A stretch of DNA of 64,000 nt from Armatimonadota bacterium (GTDB lineage: Bacteria; Sysuimicrobiota; Sysuimicrobiia; Sysuimicrobiales; Kaftiobacteriaceae), in assembly GCA_037440005.1 (NCBI GenBank), contig JBBIUY010000004.1, positions 23,673 through 87,672 on the forward strand, given 5' to 3'. Position numbers and translations under genes: made by a program. This document shows, piece after piece, positions 10,644 through 19,514 of this stretch (the first letter of the stretch is position 1; each line of letters starts with the position of its first letter). The notes beneath the pieces are model-generated. The model was not told where the DNA came from and did no database searches. It saw nothing but the letters and a program-made list of their open reading frames with translations.

Positions 10644-10884
10644 CCGCTCGGAGGGAGCGTTCGCCCCCACCGACATCCCCACTCTGGCTGACCACCTGCT
10701 GGCATCCGTCCTCGGTCCCCCGGCACAGTCCGCCCCGTAGGCCTCCCGGCGGCCCCCGGGCGGGCGCGCCGACGGCGTTCACGGATTCTTCACGGGTGCT
10801 TCACGGCCGGTTCTCCGGGGAAGGCTAGCGTCGACGGTGAGGGCGGGAAGCCCGAATACCTCTGACGCAGGGAGGAGGATGACG

Positions 10885-11574
10885 ATGTCTGTGCGGCTCC
10901 TGTACGTGGCTGCCGGCGTGGTCGCGCTGGCGGCGGCAGTGGCCCTCCCGGCCTTCAGCCAGCCCCGGTTGGGCGGCTGGGGCGGGTGCGCGGGTTTCGG
11001 CCCCACGGCACCGGCCGCGGGGCCCCTGACCATCGACGCCGCAGCGGACCGCGCCCGGCAGGCGCTGGCGGCGTGGGGGAACCCCGATCTGGCGGTGAAA
11101 GAGGTCATGGAGTTCAGCAACCACTTCTACGTGCTGGTGGTCGAGCGCAGCACGGGCCGCGGGGCGATGGAGCTCATCGTGGAGCGCTCCGGTCTCGTGC
11201 GCCCCGAGCCCGGTCCCAACATGATGTGGAACCTCAAGTACGGCCACATGGGCGGGACGGGCTGGGGCATGATGGGCGGCCGGGGTATGATGGGACCCGG
11301 CTGGGGAGGCGGCCGCGCGCCCGGCGGGTGGGGGCCCCCGCAGGCCGGTGAGCCGCTGACGGCGGAGCGGGCGCGGGAGATCGCCGCCCAGTTCCGGAAG
11401 TCGGCGTTTCCCGGCGCCGAGCCGGACGAGCACGGGGTGGCTTTCTACGGATACGTCACCTTTGACGTGGAGCGCGCCGGGCGGCCGGTCGGCATGCTGA
11501 GCGTGAACGCCTCCACCGGCCAGGTCTGGTACCACGCCTGGCACGGGGCGTTCGTCCGGGAGAAGGAGTTCTGA
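10885..11574 (+). CDS. Secreted protein with two PepSY-like domains joined by a Met/Gly-rich linker (candidate Cu-binding)
   Basis: 229 aa. Signal peptide MSVRLLYVAAGVVALAAAVALPAFS; linker GHMGGTGWGMMGGRGMMGPGWGGG. A GGAGGAGG RBS lies 6 nt upstream of the second in-frame ATG. Confidence 0.55.
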   Translation: MSVRLLYVAAGVVALAAAVALPAFSQPRLGGWGGCAGFGPTAPAAGPLTIDAAADRARQALAAWGNPDLAVKEVMEFSNHFYVLVVERSTGRGAMELIVERSGLVRPEPGPNMMWNLKYGHMGGTGWGMMGGRGMMGPGWGGGRAPGGWGPPQAGEPLTAERAREIAAQFRKSAFPGAEPDEHGVAFYGYVTFDVERAGRPVGMLSVNASTGQVWYHAWHGAFVREKEF

Positions 11575-11588
11575 GGAGGGATCCGACG

Positions 11589-11909
11589 GTGAGCGGACGC
11601 GATCTGGCGGTGGTGCTGCTGGTGGTCCTGGGCGCCCTGATCCTGCTGCCCGCCCTGGGGATGGCGGTGGGGGGATGCGGCGGGTGGATGGGGCCGGGCA
11701 TGATGGGTCGCTGGGGCTGGGGCCCGTGGGGAGGAGGGTGGGGACTCGTGGCGATGCTGCTGGCGCTGGCGGGGATCGTGCTGGTGGTCCTGGCCCTGGG
11801 GCGCCGGGAGGCCAGGGGGGACGAGGCGCTACAGATCCTGCGGCGCCGCCTGGCCAGCGGGGAGATCACCCCGGAGCAGTTCGAGGAACTCCGCAAGACG
11901 CTGCAGTAG
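11589..11909 (+). CDS. SHOCT-domain membrane protein with Met/Gly/Trp-rich loop
   Basis: 106 aa. Two TM helices flank GGCGGWMGPGMMGRWGWGPWGGGWG. The C-terminal ILRRRLASGEITPEQFEELRKTL is a SHOCT motif. GTG start with a GAGGAGGGA RBS. Confidence 0.6.
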   Translation: MSGRDLAVVLLVVLGALILLPALGMAVGGCGGWMGPGMMGRWGWGPWGGGWGLVAMLLALAGIVLVVLALGRREARGDEALQILRRRLASGEITPEQFEELRKTLQ

Positions 11910-11967
11910 ATCCCGGCCTCCGGGAGACCGGCCGGTCTCCCGGAGGCCGATGCGGGTGTGACCCACC

Positions 11968-12708
11968 GTGGGCCGACGGGTGGTGCTGGTGGTGGAGGAC
12001 GAGCCGGAGATCGCCGACGCCCTGCGCCAGTACCTGGAAAAGGACGGGTACACGGTGGCGGTGGCCGGCGACGGGCAGCGGGCCCTGGCCGAGTTCGCCC
12101 GCCTGCGGCCCGACCTGGTCCTGCTGGACCTGATGCTGCCCGGCCTGGACGGATGGGAGGTGACCCGCCGCATCCGCCAACAGGGGGTCACGCCCATCAT
12201 CATGCTCACCGCCCGCAGCGCCGAGGTGGACAAGCTGGTGGGCCTGGAGCTGGGCGCCGACGACTACATCACCAAGCCCTTTTCGCCCCGGGAGGTGGTG
12301 GCCAGGGTCCGGGCGGTGCTGCGCCGCGCCCGGGGCGGCGAGCCGGCGGCGGAGGTCGTGCGGGTGCACGACCTGGAGATCGATCCGACCCGGATGGAGG
12401 TGCGCCGGGGCGGGGTCCCGGTGACCCTCACGCCCACCGAGTTCAAACTCCTCCACGTCCTGGCGCGCCATCCCGGGCGGGTGTTCACCCGCATGCAGCT
12501 CATCGACCAGGTGCAGGGGTACGCCTTCGAGGGCTACGAGCGCACCGTGGACGCCCACATCAAGAACCTGCGGCGCAAGCTGGAGCCCGACCCCCGCCGC
12601 CCCCGCTACGTCCTCACCGTGCGCGGCGTGGGCTACCGGTTCGCCGAGGAGACCCGGCCCGGCGAAGGCGCCCCCGACGCGCGCCGGGCGGAGGACTCCC
12701 ATGGGTAG
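11968..12708 (+). CDS. OmpR-family response regulator (CusR/CopR-like)
   Basis: Receiver domain with phospho-acceptor region VLLDLMLPGLDGWEV, and a winged-helix output domain (LTPTEFKLLHVLARHPGRVFTR...YRF). Confidence 0.9.
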   Translation: MGRRVVLVVEDEPEIADALRQYLEKDGYTVAVAGDGQRALAEFARLRPDLVLLDLMLPGLDGWEVTRRIRQQGVTPIIMLTARSAEVDKLVGLELGADDYITKPFSPREVVARVRAVLRRARGGEPAAEVVRVHDLEIDPTRMEVRRGGVPVTLTPTEFKLLHVLARHPGRVFTRMQLIDQVQGYAFEGYERTVDAHIKNLRRKLEPDPRRPRYVLTVRGVGYRFAEETRPGEGAPDARRAEDSHG

Positions 12709-13822
12709 CGTGCGCGGGCGGCTCATCGTGGTCCTGGTCCTGGTGGCCTGGCTGTCGGTGGCGGTGGTGGGCGCGGTGACGGCCCGGCTGACGGCCGAGC
12801 GGTTCACCCTGTACCTGCGCCACAGTCCGATGATGCGGTCCCTGCCCGGCATGGAGGCGATGATGCGGGCGATGATGGGCGCCCCCGAGCGCGAATTCCT
12901 CCGGGGGGTGCGCCGCGCCATCTGGACGGCCGCGGTGCTGGGGCTGGCGGTGGCGGTGGTCCTGGGCACCCTGACCGCGCGTCAGCTCACCCAGCCCCTC
13001 CGGCGCCTGGCCGAGGCGGCGCGCCGGGTGGGCCGGGGCGACCTGGCGATCCGGGTGCCGGTGGACTCCAACGACGAGGTCGGAGAGGTGGCCCGGACGT
13101 TCAACGCCATGGTGGCCGAGCTGCACCGCAGCGAGGAGGACCGCCGCCGCCTGCTCGCCGACATCGCCCACGAACTGGGGACTCCCCTGGCCGCGCTGCA
13201 GGCCAACGTGGAGGGCATGCTGGACCGGGTGGTGGAGCCCACCCCCGCCAAGCTGGCCGCCCTGCACACCCAGATCCGGCTGCTGGCCCGGCTGGTCAGG
13301 GACCTGCAGGACCTCTCCCTGGCGCAGCAGGGGCGGCTGCCCCTGGACCGGCGGCCGGTGGACCTGGCCGAGCTGGTGCGGCAGGTCGTGGAGGTGGCGC
13401 GCCCGGCGGCCGAGGACAAGGGCGTCGCCCTGACCGCCTCCGCCGACGGGGCGCTGACGGTGCTCGCGGACCGCGAGCGCATCTCCCAGGTGCTGCACAA
13501 CCTGCTGGCCAACGCCATCCGCTACACCGAGCCCGGAGGACGGATCACGGTGACGGCCCGCCGGGAGGGGGGCGAGGTGCGGGTGGAGGTGGCCGACACC
13601 GGCGTGGGAATCCCGGACTCGGACCTCCCGCACGTCTTCGACCGGTTCCACCGGGTGGACCGCTCGCGGTCCCGCAGCAGCGGCGGGGCCGGGCTGGGCC
13701 TGGCCATCGTCAAGCACCTGGTGGAAGCCCACGGCGGACGGGTGTGGGCCCGCAGCCAGGTGGGCAGGGGGAGCACCTTCGGTTTCGCGCTGCCGTCCGG
13801 CGAAGGCGGCGGCCAGACCTGA
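12701..13822 (+). CDS. Sensor histidine kinase with Met-rich sensing segment (candidate copper sensor)
   Basis: 373 aa. TM1, then extracytoplasmic MMRSLPGMEAMMRAMMG, TM2, HAMP, HisKA (ADIAHELGTPLAAL) and HATPase_c. 8-nt overlap with the response regulator. Confidence 0.85.
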   Translation: MGSVRGRLIVVLVLVAWLSVAVVGAVTARLTAERFTLYLRHSPMMRSLPGMEAMMRAMMGAPEREFLRGVRRAIWTAAVLGLAVAVVLGTLTARQLTQPLRRLAEAARRVGRGDLAIRVPVDSNDEVGEVARTFNAMVAELHRSEEDRRRLLADIAHELGTPLAALQANVEGMLDRVVEPTPAKLAALHTQIRLLARLVRDLQDLSLAQQGRLPLDRRPVDLAELVRQVVEVARPAAEDKGVALTASADGALTVLADRERISQVLHNLLANAIRYTEPGGRITVTARREGGEVRVEVADTGVGIPDSDLPHVFDRFHRVDRSRSRSSGGAGLGLAIVKHLVEAHGGRVWARSQVGRGSTFGFALPSGEGGGQT

Positions 13823-13863
13823 GCCCGGGAGTTCGCCGGGGTGGTGCGGGGAGGGGGAGACCG

Positions 13864-14337
13864 ATGAGGACGCTGGTGGTCACGGCGCTGGTGGCGGGCC
13901 TGGCGGCGGGGATGCCGACCCCCGGGGCCACCGCGCCGCCACCCGCGGACGTCCTCGTGGAGGGGCGGGTGAGCGAGGGACATACCCTGCGCGACGGGGG
14001 GCAGGGCGGGGTGTGGATCGAGGCGACTCACCTGAGCCCGCAGTCTGTCCCTTCCCGGGCCCGGTCCGTCCTGCAGCGATACCCCCTGGACCGCCACACG
14101 GTCTTCGTGATCGCCATGGACACCCACAGCGTGGACCTGAGTCGGTACGACATGGAGAGACTCTCCGAGCTGCGCGCGGGCGGGAGGGGCTACGCCCCGG
14201 TCCGGTGGGAGGCCATCGCCGAGAGCAGCCACCACCGGCTGGGCGCGCTGATCTTCCCCCGTGTGGACCTGCCGGCCGACCTGGTGATCGCGGGTGTCGC
14301 CGGGGTGCCGGCGCGCGTCTTCCGGTGGCTGCCGTGA
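13864..14337 (+). CDS. Secreted hypothetical protein
   Basis: 157 aa. Signal peptide MRTLVVTALVAGLAAGMPTPGATA. No recognisable domain. Confidence 0.45.
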   Translation: MRTLVVTALVAGLAAGMPTPGATAPPPADVLVEGRVSEGHTLRDGGQGGVWIEATHLSPQSVPSRARSVLQRYPLDRHTVFVIAMDTHSVDLSRYDMERLSELRAGGRGYAPVRWEAIAESSHHRLGALIFPRVDLPADLVIAGVAGVPARVFRWLP

Positions 14338-14798
14338 TGGCCCCGTTCCGGATCCCGGATGCGCGGCAGGTCCGCCGGCCGCTGCTGGCGGGGGTGCTGT
14401 CCGCCGCCGGGCTAGCCGCCGCCTACAGCCTCGTCATCGGGCTGGCATCGCGGTCCTGGCCGCACCTGGCGGAGCAGTGGCGGACCGACGGGGCGTTCGT
14501 GGCGCTGGTGGTCGCCGGCTTCGGCATCCAGGTGGGCCTGTACCAGCACGTCCGGCGGGTGGTGCGCGCCCCCGCCGCGGTGGCCGCCGGCGGCACGGCC
14601 ACCTCCACCGCGGCCATGGTGGCCTGCTGCCTGCACCACCTGTCGGACGTGGCCCCACTGATCGGGCTGGCGGGGGCGGCCGCGTTCCTGACCCGCTACA
14701 AGGTGCCGGTGATCCTGGTCAGCCTGGGGGCCAACGGGGTGGGGATCGCCTGGATGGTGCGCACGCTCCGCCGCGCGCGGACGGCGGCGTGCGGCTGA
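14337..14798 (+). CDS. Hypothetical 4-TM membrane protein with intramembrane CC-x-HH motif
   Basis: 153 aa. ATGA-type overlap with the preceding gene. Motif AMVACCLHHLSDVAPLIG lies in a predicted TM segment. Confidence 0.45.
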   Translation: MAPFRIPDARQVRRPLLAGVLSAAGLAAAYSLVIGLASRSWPHLAEQWRTDGAFVALVVAGFGIQVGLYQHVRRVVRAPAAVAAGGTATSTAAMVACCLHHLSDVAPLIGLAGAAAFLTRYKVPVILVSLGANGVGIAWMVRTLRRARTAACG

Positions 14799-14849
14799 CG
14801 GGACCTGGTGCCTCGGGTCGCGCCGGCGGCGCGGTCTCAGGGCTGGCGG

Positions 14850-15242
14850 TCAGGCCCTCTGCACCTGCAGGGTGCGCAGAGGGCAATAGGCGTCCCGCCA
14901 CATCTTCTGCTGCCGGGCCCACTGGGCCCACACGTCGTCGCCCAGCTCGGCCCGGCGGGCGGCGGAGAAGATGCGGATGTCCTCTCCGCGGCTTTCGGCG
15001 GCGAAGTGCACCAGCAGGATGCACGGGAACTCCGGGCACAGGCCGCAGTGCTCCACCCGGTGCTCCCGCGCGCAGGAGTAGATCGGGCAGATCTTCTCCA
15101 AGCGGACCTCGCCCTGGGTGGCGCAGGTGGCGGCCAGGGCCTCGTACCAGGCGCTGCCTTCCCAGTACAGGCCGCAGACGGCGGCAAAGTCCTCCGGCGC
15201 CTGTTTGGGGGACGCGCCGGTTGACCTCCCGGATACGGTCAT
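14850..15242 (-). CDS. Cys-rich protein, DUF3795-like (putative Fe-S/Zn binding)
   Basis: 130 aa; cysteine cluster CPIYSCAREHRVEHCGLCPEFPC. Confidence 0.45.
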   Translation of the reverse strand: MTVSGRSTGASPKQAPEDFAAVCGLYWEGSAWYEALAATCATQGEVRLEKICPIYSCAREHRVEHCGLCPEFPCILLVHFAAESRGEDIRIFSAARRAELGDDVWAQWARQQKMWRDAYCPLRTLQVQRA

Positions 15243-15353
15243 GGCGGTTCGCCTCCGGCGTCCAGCCTAGCCACACGGGACCGCAGAGGCCATCGGGCGG
15301 ACACTGTATACCCGGAGCTCGCGCCCCGACGGACAGGAGGGCCGGGGCGGGAC

Positions 15354-16235
15354 CTACCGGGACGTCTCCTGGCGGTAGCCGCTGAGAGCGGCGAGCTCCT
15401 GCAGGGACAGCACGCCTTCATAGCGGCGGCCGCCGATGTCCCACGTCGGGTAGGCGCGGACCCCGGCCGCCGCGCACACCTCGGGCTGTCCGATGGGGGA
15501 TCGGGGATCGCACTCGATGTACGGCAGCAGCGCCGCGGCGTCCCCGAACAGGGCCTTCTGGTCCGCGCAGTGGGGGCACCAGTATGCCCCGTAGAACTTC
15601 GCCCCGGTGGCGGACAGGTGGCGGGCCAGGCCGGCCGCAAACGACGCGTCCGGCGGGGTCGGCGCGGACAGCCGGTAGCCCGAGATCAGGAACACCACAG
15701 CCGCAGCGGCGGCGGCCGCCGTCCACCTCCAGGTTCCCGCCGCGGGCCGGCGGGGCCGTCGGACGATCAGGAGTCCCAGGAGGGCCACGGTCAGCAGCGC
15801 GGAGACGACGCACAAGCTGCAGGTGACCTGCAGGAGCACCCGCTGGACCACGGTGAAGACCGCCGAGGCGGCGACGCCGGCGCCGGCCACGGGCACCGCC
15901 ACCGCCCAGCGGCGGTCCTCCGGGGCCGGGCGCAACCCCAGGGCCAGCAGGCTCCCGTAGTACCCCAGGCCCAACAGGGCGACCGGGATCCCGAAGACCG
16001 CCGCATAGCGGCTGGACTGCACCACGTCGCACCCGCCCCCCGCCGGGCAGTACACCGGGACGTGGGCGGCGCGCGCGTACAGCAGGTAGGCGCTGAGGAC
16101 GACGCCGAGCCCGCTGAGGATCGCCAGCCGGAGATCCGGCGACCTCACTGCGGCGCGGCTGCGGCGGTCCGGTCGGCGGGGAGTCGGCCTTGTCATCCTC
16201 CGCCCATCATACCCCGCCGCCACCGCTCCGTCCAC
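15354..16235 (-). CDS. Vitamin K epoxide reductase (VKOR)-family protein fused to a thioredoxin-like domain (DsbB-analogue disulfide-bond formation)
   Basis: VKOR TM core with YCPAGGGCD and active-site TCSLCV. C-terminal Trx-like domain with YGAYWCPHCADQK. The start is uncertain: GTG at 16235 or the internal ATG (MTRPT). Confidence 0.8.
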   Translation of the reverse strand: MDGAVAAGYDGRRMTRPTPRRPDRRSRAAVRSPDLRLAILSGLGVVLSAYLLYARAAHVPVYCPAGGGCDVVQSSRYAAVFGIPVALLGLGYYGSLLALGLRPAPEDRRWAVAVPVAGAGVAASAVFTVVQRVLLQVTCSLCVVSALLTVALLGLLIVRRPRRPAAGTWRWTAAAAAAAVVFLISGYRLSAPTPPDASFAAGLARHLSATGAKFYGAYWCPHCADQKALFGDAAALLPYIECDPRSPIGQPEVCAAAGVRAYPTWDIGGRRYEGVLSLQELAALSGYRQETSR

Positions 16236-16262
16236 CGGACGGCCGCTGGATGGCCACCGGGA

Positions 16263-16841
16263 TCACCCCGCCGGCCCTGCGAACACTTTCCCCGGCCGCC
16301 AGGGCGTGCCCAGCAGGGGCAGCAGCCAGCGGTCCAGGCCGTAGTGGCCGGCGACCTTCCAGGCCAGGATCAGCAGGATGGCGGCGGTGAACAGCAGGGG
16401 GTTGGTGCTGGCGGTGCCCGCCATCATGAAGTTCCAGTTCATAAAGCCGGCGAAGAAGGCGGCGATCCCCACAAACGCCCCCAGGATCAGCGCCACGCCC
16501 ACCAGCAGCTCGCCGTAGGCCACCAGTTTGGCGAACCAGGTGTAGGCCTGGATGTCCAGCAGCCACTGGAGGAAGGCGCGGTACCAGGGGAACGCCACCG
16601 GGGGCCGGGCCGGGGGCGGGGGCACCTGGACGGCGCGCTCCCAGAACGCCTTCAGGGCGGTCCCGGTGCCGGTCCAGGCCTCCACGCCGATCTTGTGCCG
16701 GGCGGCGTCCACCCACTGCCAGCCCAGCCACACCCGGACCACCGCCCACAGCCAGGCATAGCGGGTGGTGTTGAACAGGATCTGGACCCACGGGGGGTCC
16801 CCGTAGATTTCGGCGGTCGCCCGCCCTTCCTGTTCGGTCAT
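16263..16841 (-). CDS. DoxX-family membrane protein
   Basis: 192 aa, 4 TM, with DoxX-like segments (LLVGVALILGAFVGIAAFFAGFMNW). Confidence 0.6.
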   Translation of the reverse strand: MTEQEGRATAEIYGDPPWVQILFNTTRYAWLWAVVRVWLGWQWVDAARHKIGVEAWTGTGTALKAFWERAVQVPPPPARPPVAFPWYRAFLQWLLDIQAYTWFAKLVAYGELLVGVALILGAFVGIAAFFAGFMNWNFMMAGTASTNPLLFTAAILLILAWKVAGHYGLDRWLLPLLGTPWRPGKVFAGPAG

Positions 16842-17028
16842 GCCGCCTCACCCCCCGACCGATCCTTTCCGACGACACTTCGATCGACCGGACCCTCCCG
16901 CCTGCCGGGGAGGGAGCCCGGGCCGACAGGGGATCCGGCTCGGGCGGGCGCCCGTTCCCATCGGTCCTCGGCCTGATGGCAAGGGTCGGAGCGCGCTCTT
17001 AGAGTGAAGATGGCGAACCCGGCGGGAG

Positions 17029-18765
17029 GTGGCCATGGGGCTGCGCAGCCGGATCATGCTCCTGGTGGCGATCGGCCTGGTCGCCGCCACGGCGCCCCTG
17101 GGGATCATGGGCCTGCTGATGGTGCAGGCGGCCACGGACCGGGTCCTGGAGGAACGGCTCGCCACGACCCGGACCGTGGCCGCCCACCTGAGCGAACGGC
17201 TGGCCCAGGGGTGGGCCCACCTGAAGTGGATCGCGTCCAGGGCTGCGTCCACCGGGGGCCGGGGGCTGGCCGACCTGGACGCCGGCCCCCCCGCGGGAGT
17301 TCTGACGGGGGGCATAGCGGTGGTGGATGGCCGCGGCCGCCCCCTCGCCGGCGTGCTCAGGTCGGGCGGCCTCCTGGAGGCCGGGGCATGGGTCGTCCGG
17401 GAGGCGCTCCGCACCGGGCACCCCCGGATCAGCCCCCTGGTGCGTGCCCGCGATGCGGCCGGCGTCCTCCTGGTCGTGCCGGTGACATCTCCCGGCGGGG
17501 CGGTGACGGGCGCCGTGGTGGGGGTCGTCGATCTGACCGGCCCGGTCCTGCGGAACTTCGTCGCCGGCCTGGCCCAGGGGGCGACCGGCCACGCCGTGGT
17601 GGTGGACCGGGACGGCACGGTCCTGGCCAGCACCCGGGACGAAGATCTGTTCACCCGCAGCGAGCACCCGGAGTTCTTCGCCCGGCTGATTTCCGGCGGA
17701 CGGCCCCTGGTGGCCCCGGCCGAGAAGGTCTCCACGTCCCGCGGGAGCAGGGAGACCCACGTGATGGCCTTTGCGCCGGTGGCGGGCGCTCCGTGGGGAG
17801 TCGGCGTCGGCCAGGACGACCGGGAGACCTTCGGCCCCCTACGCCGCCTGCGGGACCGCATCATCGTGTTCGAGGTCCTGGTCCTGGCGGTCGCCCTGGG
17901 GTTTGCCTGGCTGGACACCGGGGCCGTCAGCGCGCCCCTGCGGGCGCTGACCGTCGCCACCGAGCGTATCGCCGGCGGCGACCTCAGCCAGTCCATCGAC
18001 GTCCGCCGCACCGACGAGATCGGGGATCTGGGTCGCAGTTTCGAGGTCATGCGGCAGAGGCTGCTGCGCTCGCTGGACGAGAACGCCCGGCTGCAGGAGC
18101 GGCTGCTGTCGGTGGCCGTGCTGGAAGAGCGGGAGCGCATCGCCCGGGAGATGCACGACCACGTGGGACAGGTCCTGGGCTACGTGAACACCAAGGCGCA
18201 GGCGGTGCGGGCGCTGGTGGAGGCCGGGCGGCTGGAGGAGGCCCGCCGTCAGCTGTCCCAGCTGGAGGAGGCGGTGCGGGAGGTCTACGCCGACCTGCGG
18301 GAGGCGATCCTCAGCCTGCGGACGGCGCCCGCTCCCGGCCGACCGCTGGCCCAGGCGCTCCGGGAGTACGCCCTGCGGTTCAGCGAGATGAGCGGGATCC
18401 CCGTGGAGGTGGCCATCGAGGCCGACGGGGCCCTCAGCCGCCTGACGTCCACCGCGGAGCTGCACCTCATCCGTATCGTCCAGGAGGCCCTCACCAACGT
18501 CCGCAAACACGCCCGGGCCCGTCGGGCGTGGGTGCGGTGCGCGTGCCGGGGAGACGAGCTGGTGGTGAGCGTCGCCGACGACGGGGTGGGGTTTGACCCC
18601 GGCGGTCCCCACGGCGGGATCCGATTCGGGGTGTCGTCCATGCGCGAGCGCGCGGAGGCCGTGGGGGGCGCGCTGGCCATCCGGTCCGCCCCCGGAGCCG
18701 GGACCGAGGTGGAGGTCCGTCTGCGGATCGGGAGGGAGCCCGATGCGCGTGCTGCTGGCCGATGA
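17029..18765 (+). CDS. Sensor histidine kinase (NarX/HisKA_3-type) with periplasmic sensor domain and HAMP
   Basis: 578 aa. Two TM helices flank a ~250-aa extracytoplasmic domain. HAMP linker, then H-box EERERIAREMHDHVGQ (HisKA_3) and HATPase_c. Confidence 0.85.
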   Translation: MAMGLRSRIMLLVAIGLVAATAPLGIMGLLMVQAATDRVLEERLATTRTVAAHLSERLAQGWAHLKWIASRAASTGGRGLADLDAGPPAGVLTGGIAVVDGRGRPLAGVLRSGGLLEAGAWVVREALRTGHPRISPLVRARDAAGVLLVVPVTSPGGAVTGAVVGVVDLTGPVLRNFVAGLAQGATGHAVVVDRDGTVLASTRDEDLFTRSEHPEFFARLISGGRPLVAPAEKVSTSRGSRETHVMAFAPVAGAPWGVGVGQDDRETFGPLRRLRDRIIVFEVLVLAVALGFAWLDTGAVSAPLRALTVATERIAGGDLSQSIDVRRTDEIGDLGRSFEVMRQRLLRSLDENARLQERLLSVAVLEERERIAREMHDHVGQVLGYVNTKAQAVRALVEAGRLEEARRQLSQLEEAVREVYADLREAILSLRTAPAPGRPLAQALREYALRFSEMSGIPVEVAIEADGALSRLTSTAELHLIRIVQEALTNVRKHARARRAWVRCACRGDELVVSVADDGVGFDPGGPHGGIRFGVSSMRERAEAVGGALAIRSAPGAGTEVEVRLRIGREPDARAAGR

Positions 18766-19390
18766 CCACGCCCTGTTCCGGGACGGGATCCGCAGCCTGC
18801 TGGAAGCCCGGGGCGTGGAGGTGGTGGGGGAGGCCGGCGACGGGCAGGAGGCGGTGGAGGCCGCGCTCCGGCTGCGGCCGGACGTGATCCTGATGGACGT
18901 GACCATGCCGCGCATGGACGGACTGGACGCCACGCGGCACATCACGGCGCGCCTGCCGCAGGCGACGGTGGTGATGCTCACCGTCTCCGACGACGACCGC
19001 ACCCTGTTTGAGGCCCTCAAGAGCGGCGCCCGGGGCTATTTGCTCAAGAACCTGCGGGCCGAGGAGTTCTTTGAGCTGCTGGCCGGCATCGAGCGCGGCG
19101 AGCCCGCCCTCTCGCCCCGCCTGGCGGGCCGCATCCTGGAGGAGTTCCGCCGGAGCCGGAGGGCGCCCGACCGCCCGGACGCCGACGACCTGACCGAACG
19201 GGAGTTGGAGGTCCTGCGGCTGCTCAGCCAGGGCGCCAGCAACCGAGAGATCGCCGCGGCGTTGCACATCTCGGAGAACACCGTCAAGTTTCACATCAAG
19301 AACATCCTGGACAAGCTCCACCTGCGCAACCGGGCCGAGGTGGTGGCCTACGCCGCGCGCCGGGGGTGGTTGCCGCCCGGCCCGCCGTAG
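18743..19390 (+). CDS. NarL/LuxR-family response regulator
   Basis: Receiver domain MRVLLADDH...DVTMPRMDG plus a LuxR HTH (LTERELEVLRLLSQGASNREIAAALHISENTVKFH). Overlaps the kinase by 23 nt. Confidence 0.9.
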   Translation: MRVLLADDHALFRDGIRSLLEARGVEVVGEAGDGQEAVEAALRLRPDVILMDVTMPRMDGLDATRHITARLPQATVVMLTVSDDDRTLFEALKSGARGYLLKNLRAEEFFELLAGIERGEPALSPRLAGRILEEFRRSRRAPDRPDADDLTERELEVLRLLSQGASNREIAAALHISENTVKFHIKNILDKLHLRNRAEVVAYAARRGWLPPGPP

Positions 19391-19514
19391 GCCCAACTCG
19401 AGTTTTCCGATCGGCCGCCTCAACAACTGCAAATACAGTCTCCGCCCGATTGCTGCCGCCGCGGCCGTACCGGTAGCATCCGGTCAAAGGGATTTTTGTA
19501 ACCGTTGAAATGCC

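Noticed and set aside
15570-19020. Several 390-470-aa ORFs (15570-16976 plus, 16848-18140 minus, 17839-19020 minus)
   Set aside because: They overlap or lie antisense to the VKOR, DoxX and histidine-kinase genes. Compositionally biased with no motifs.
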